Shown: positions 23,601 to 24,000 of the stretch, piece after piece
How the letters are laid out: each line of letters begins with the position of its first letter
Position numbering within the stretch: the stretch's first letter is position 1
DNA from: Klebsiella phage MY02
Strand: one strand, 5' to 3'
Sequence record: PP146563.1
DNA: 24,000 nt
Position numbers and translations under genes: made by a program
Notes under the pieces: generated by a model
Seen by the model: only the letters and a program-made list of their open reading frames with translations
Databases searched by the model: none
What the model was told of the DNA's origin: nothing

Positions 23601-24000
23601 ATCAACATTAGGCTTGTTCAATTCATCATAGATACGAATAGCCGTACTCTCAACTAAACCTTCCGGCGCAGTTGAAGAAATCGTGTAACCAGTAGGCAAA
23701 TAGTATTCATTATCACCGGCATTAGATAACATGGCAACTTTAACACCACCTATAAATGCGCGCTGCATAAACCACAGTTCTAAACCTTTAGAGGTACGAA
23801 TTAAACTATAACGCAATTGGTTAGTGTCATCAAGCGCCGGATTACCGAGTCGACGAATCTGTAGATAATTACGAATGTTACTGCTTGTTAATGAAGATGG
23901 AAAGTTTCTAGCACTGCAATCGATAAAGTCAACAGAGCTATAGGTACTACCGTAGTTACCACCGTTAGTCACCATCAGTTGCAAGCGGCTCTGGCTTGAC
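20661..24000 (-). CDS. 37: Long tail fibre distal subunit gp37-like, C-terminal part (5' end outside window)
   Basis: Repeated GGTG(G/A)TS.AAARNNLG(L/V)G and TGDTMTG(D/N)L modules typical of long tail fibres; upstream codons remain open to the window edge; followed by t as in T4. Confidence 0.85.
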   Translation of the reverse strand, partial: SSQSRLQLMVTNGGNYGSTYSSVDFIDCSARNFPSSLTSSNIRNYLQIRRLGNPALDDTNQLRYSLIRTSKGLELWFMQRAFIGGVKVAMLSNAGDNEYYLPTGYTISSTAPEGLVESTAIRIYDELNKPNVDGGTEGILPISRGGTGGTSSAAARNNLGLGTAAIRDVGEGTGNLLENGAYGLGGNGGKSIENITSNVDMMTRLKAYGGTFWRGAIKSGVSVQNGLYSHGSGIFMNAGDTMSAINIDYASAKVRVYAANNTSLAAGNVNYNELYGTANKPTKADVGLGSLTNDTQVKKAGDTMTGDLTAPNLHASGTGTASFYINAGSGNAHIWFRTNTNERGLIWATPNTADLGQINIRAKTTGDVSAGDFSFRSDGRLDVPVAVKVGGAAMLTKDGNITSGSMFGGNLNNYLTSIKNDITAGDNKQVSKTGDTMTGNLTINANLKVENPNGTMVDLGSENSDKYSRLTLARKVGSGAAVAMLKVTPEGHVQFGYQDAVATPTPTKYILVKSNGLEVEGDLVFNQTYRGTEEAVDITDKTNDLNNMVIKGSDLGTRLLYKCTSTGGGSKIANKPTSDGNFVLEVLSLRKISDTDWSCKQTFTTKNGNVEGTYVRYCQNGTWSAWKEVVAGVQPINLGGTGATSVAAARNNLGVGEGQTVSFGNLVTNDLTANGNARLVGRLNLGSTSATGVLRANETGAVVLGSASGQNIHIRAGSADTSNGETRFEPNGNVLVGGALTSSGSLQVNGEAAMSRSLIVSQNIKNTNDNSFILMGKDSDLGFVKKSNSGSKLVFASGKSFVVAKSSATAIANPASETYTDVFKVDADGNQTVYGNSAVSRALTVSSTATINGVINANGGIIVPTSKYVQIADAPTQNNQATNKKYVDDKVASAISNAGDTYLPLTGGTVTGRLTITGDQLKTTSLWVTGASALNGNLEVGGNVVSNNGIGSFVGAVDVKAPAADNGTTHLWFRHSNGGERGVIYMPRDNNTMMGLRAASAEWQLHGNTGQMTGPGARWTLHADGNLQGDVYGGYITEYINNRFNQCAQWVRTGARWDIGPIGRPAPGKTVDPGWVMIGLNADSNEANQNMRIIAGRLQVWKPGVEWIDSAT

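Noticed and set aside
20661-23984. Possible repeat array or CRISPR-like structure in the fibre region
   Set aside because: Repeats are protein-level modules (GGTG..AARNNLG, TGDTMTGNL) of a long tail fibre, with variable DNA and no direct repeat/spacer regularity.
1-24000. Toxin-antitoxin, restriction-modification, retron or other multi-gene defence/anti-defence system
   Set aside because: No reverse transcriptase, methyltransferase, known toxin pair or comparable domain combination is visible. Unknown small genes are reported individually instead.

Overview
This window is an early/middle-gene segment of a T4-like (Straboviridae/Tevenvirinae-type) phage. It has the classic T4 gene order, read on the + strand: dda, dexA, an unsplit topoisomerase large subunit (39+60), rIIA, rIIB, a probable denB, ndd, 52, motA and asiA. 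Opposing late genes lie on the - strand: holin t, a small non-T4-like fibre chaperone candidate, and the C-terminal part of a gp37-like long tail fibre that runs off the right edge. Small early ORFs sit between the core genes. Several of these are membrane microproteins or lie below the 60-aa cutoff of the supplied ORF track. The most interesting non-coding feature is a family of near-consensus sigma70 promoters (TTTACA-17-TACTAT/TATAGT). Three of them are nested in inverted repeats whose arms differ in sequence but keep their pairing, which matches the published idea of mobile 'promoter early stem-loop' cassettes. I also see MotA-box-like middle promoter candidates in front of 39, 52 and rIIB, C(UUCG)G hairpins after core operons, an unannotated FmdB-like zinc ribbon with a TTG start, a SprT-like HExxH protein between 52 and motA, and an HNH-like coiled-coil protein. 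I found no convincing new multi-gene defence or mobile system. The unknown early genes are the real unexplored content. Family assignments come from remembered protein sequences and motifs, not from a search.
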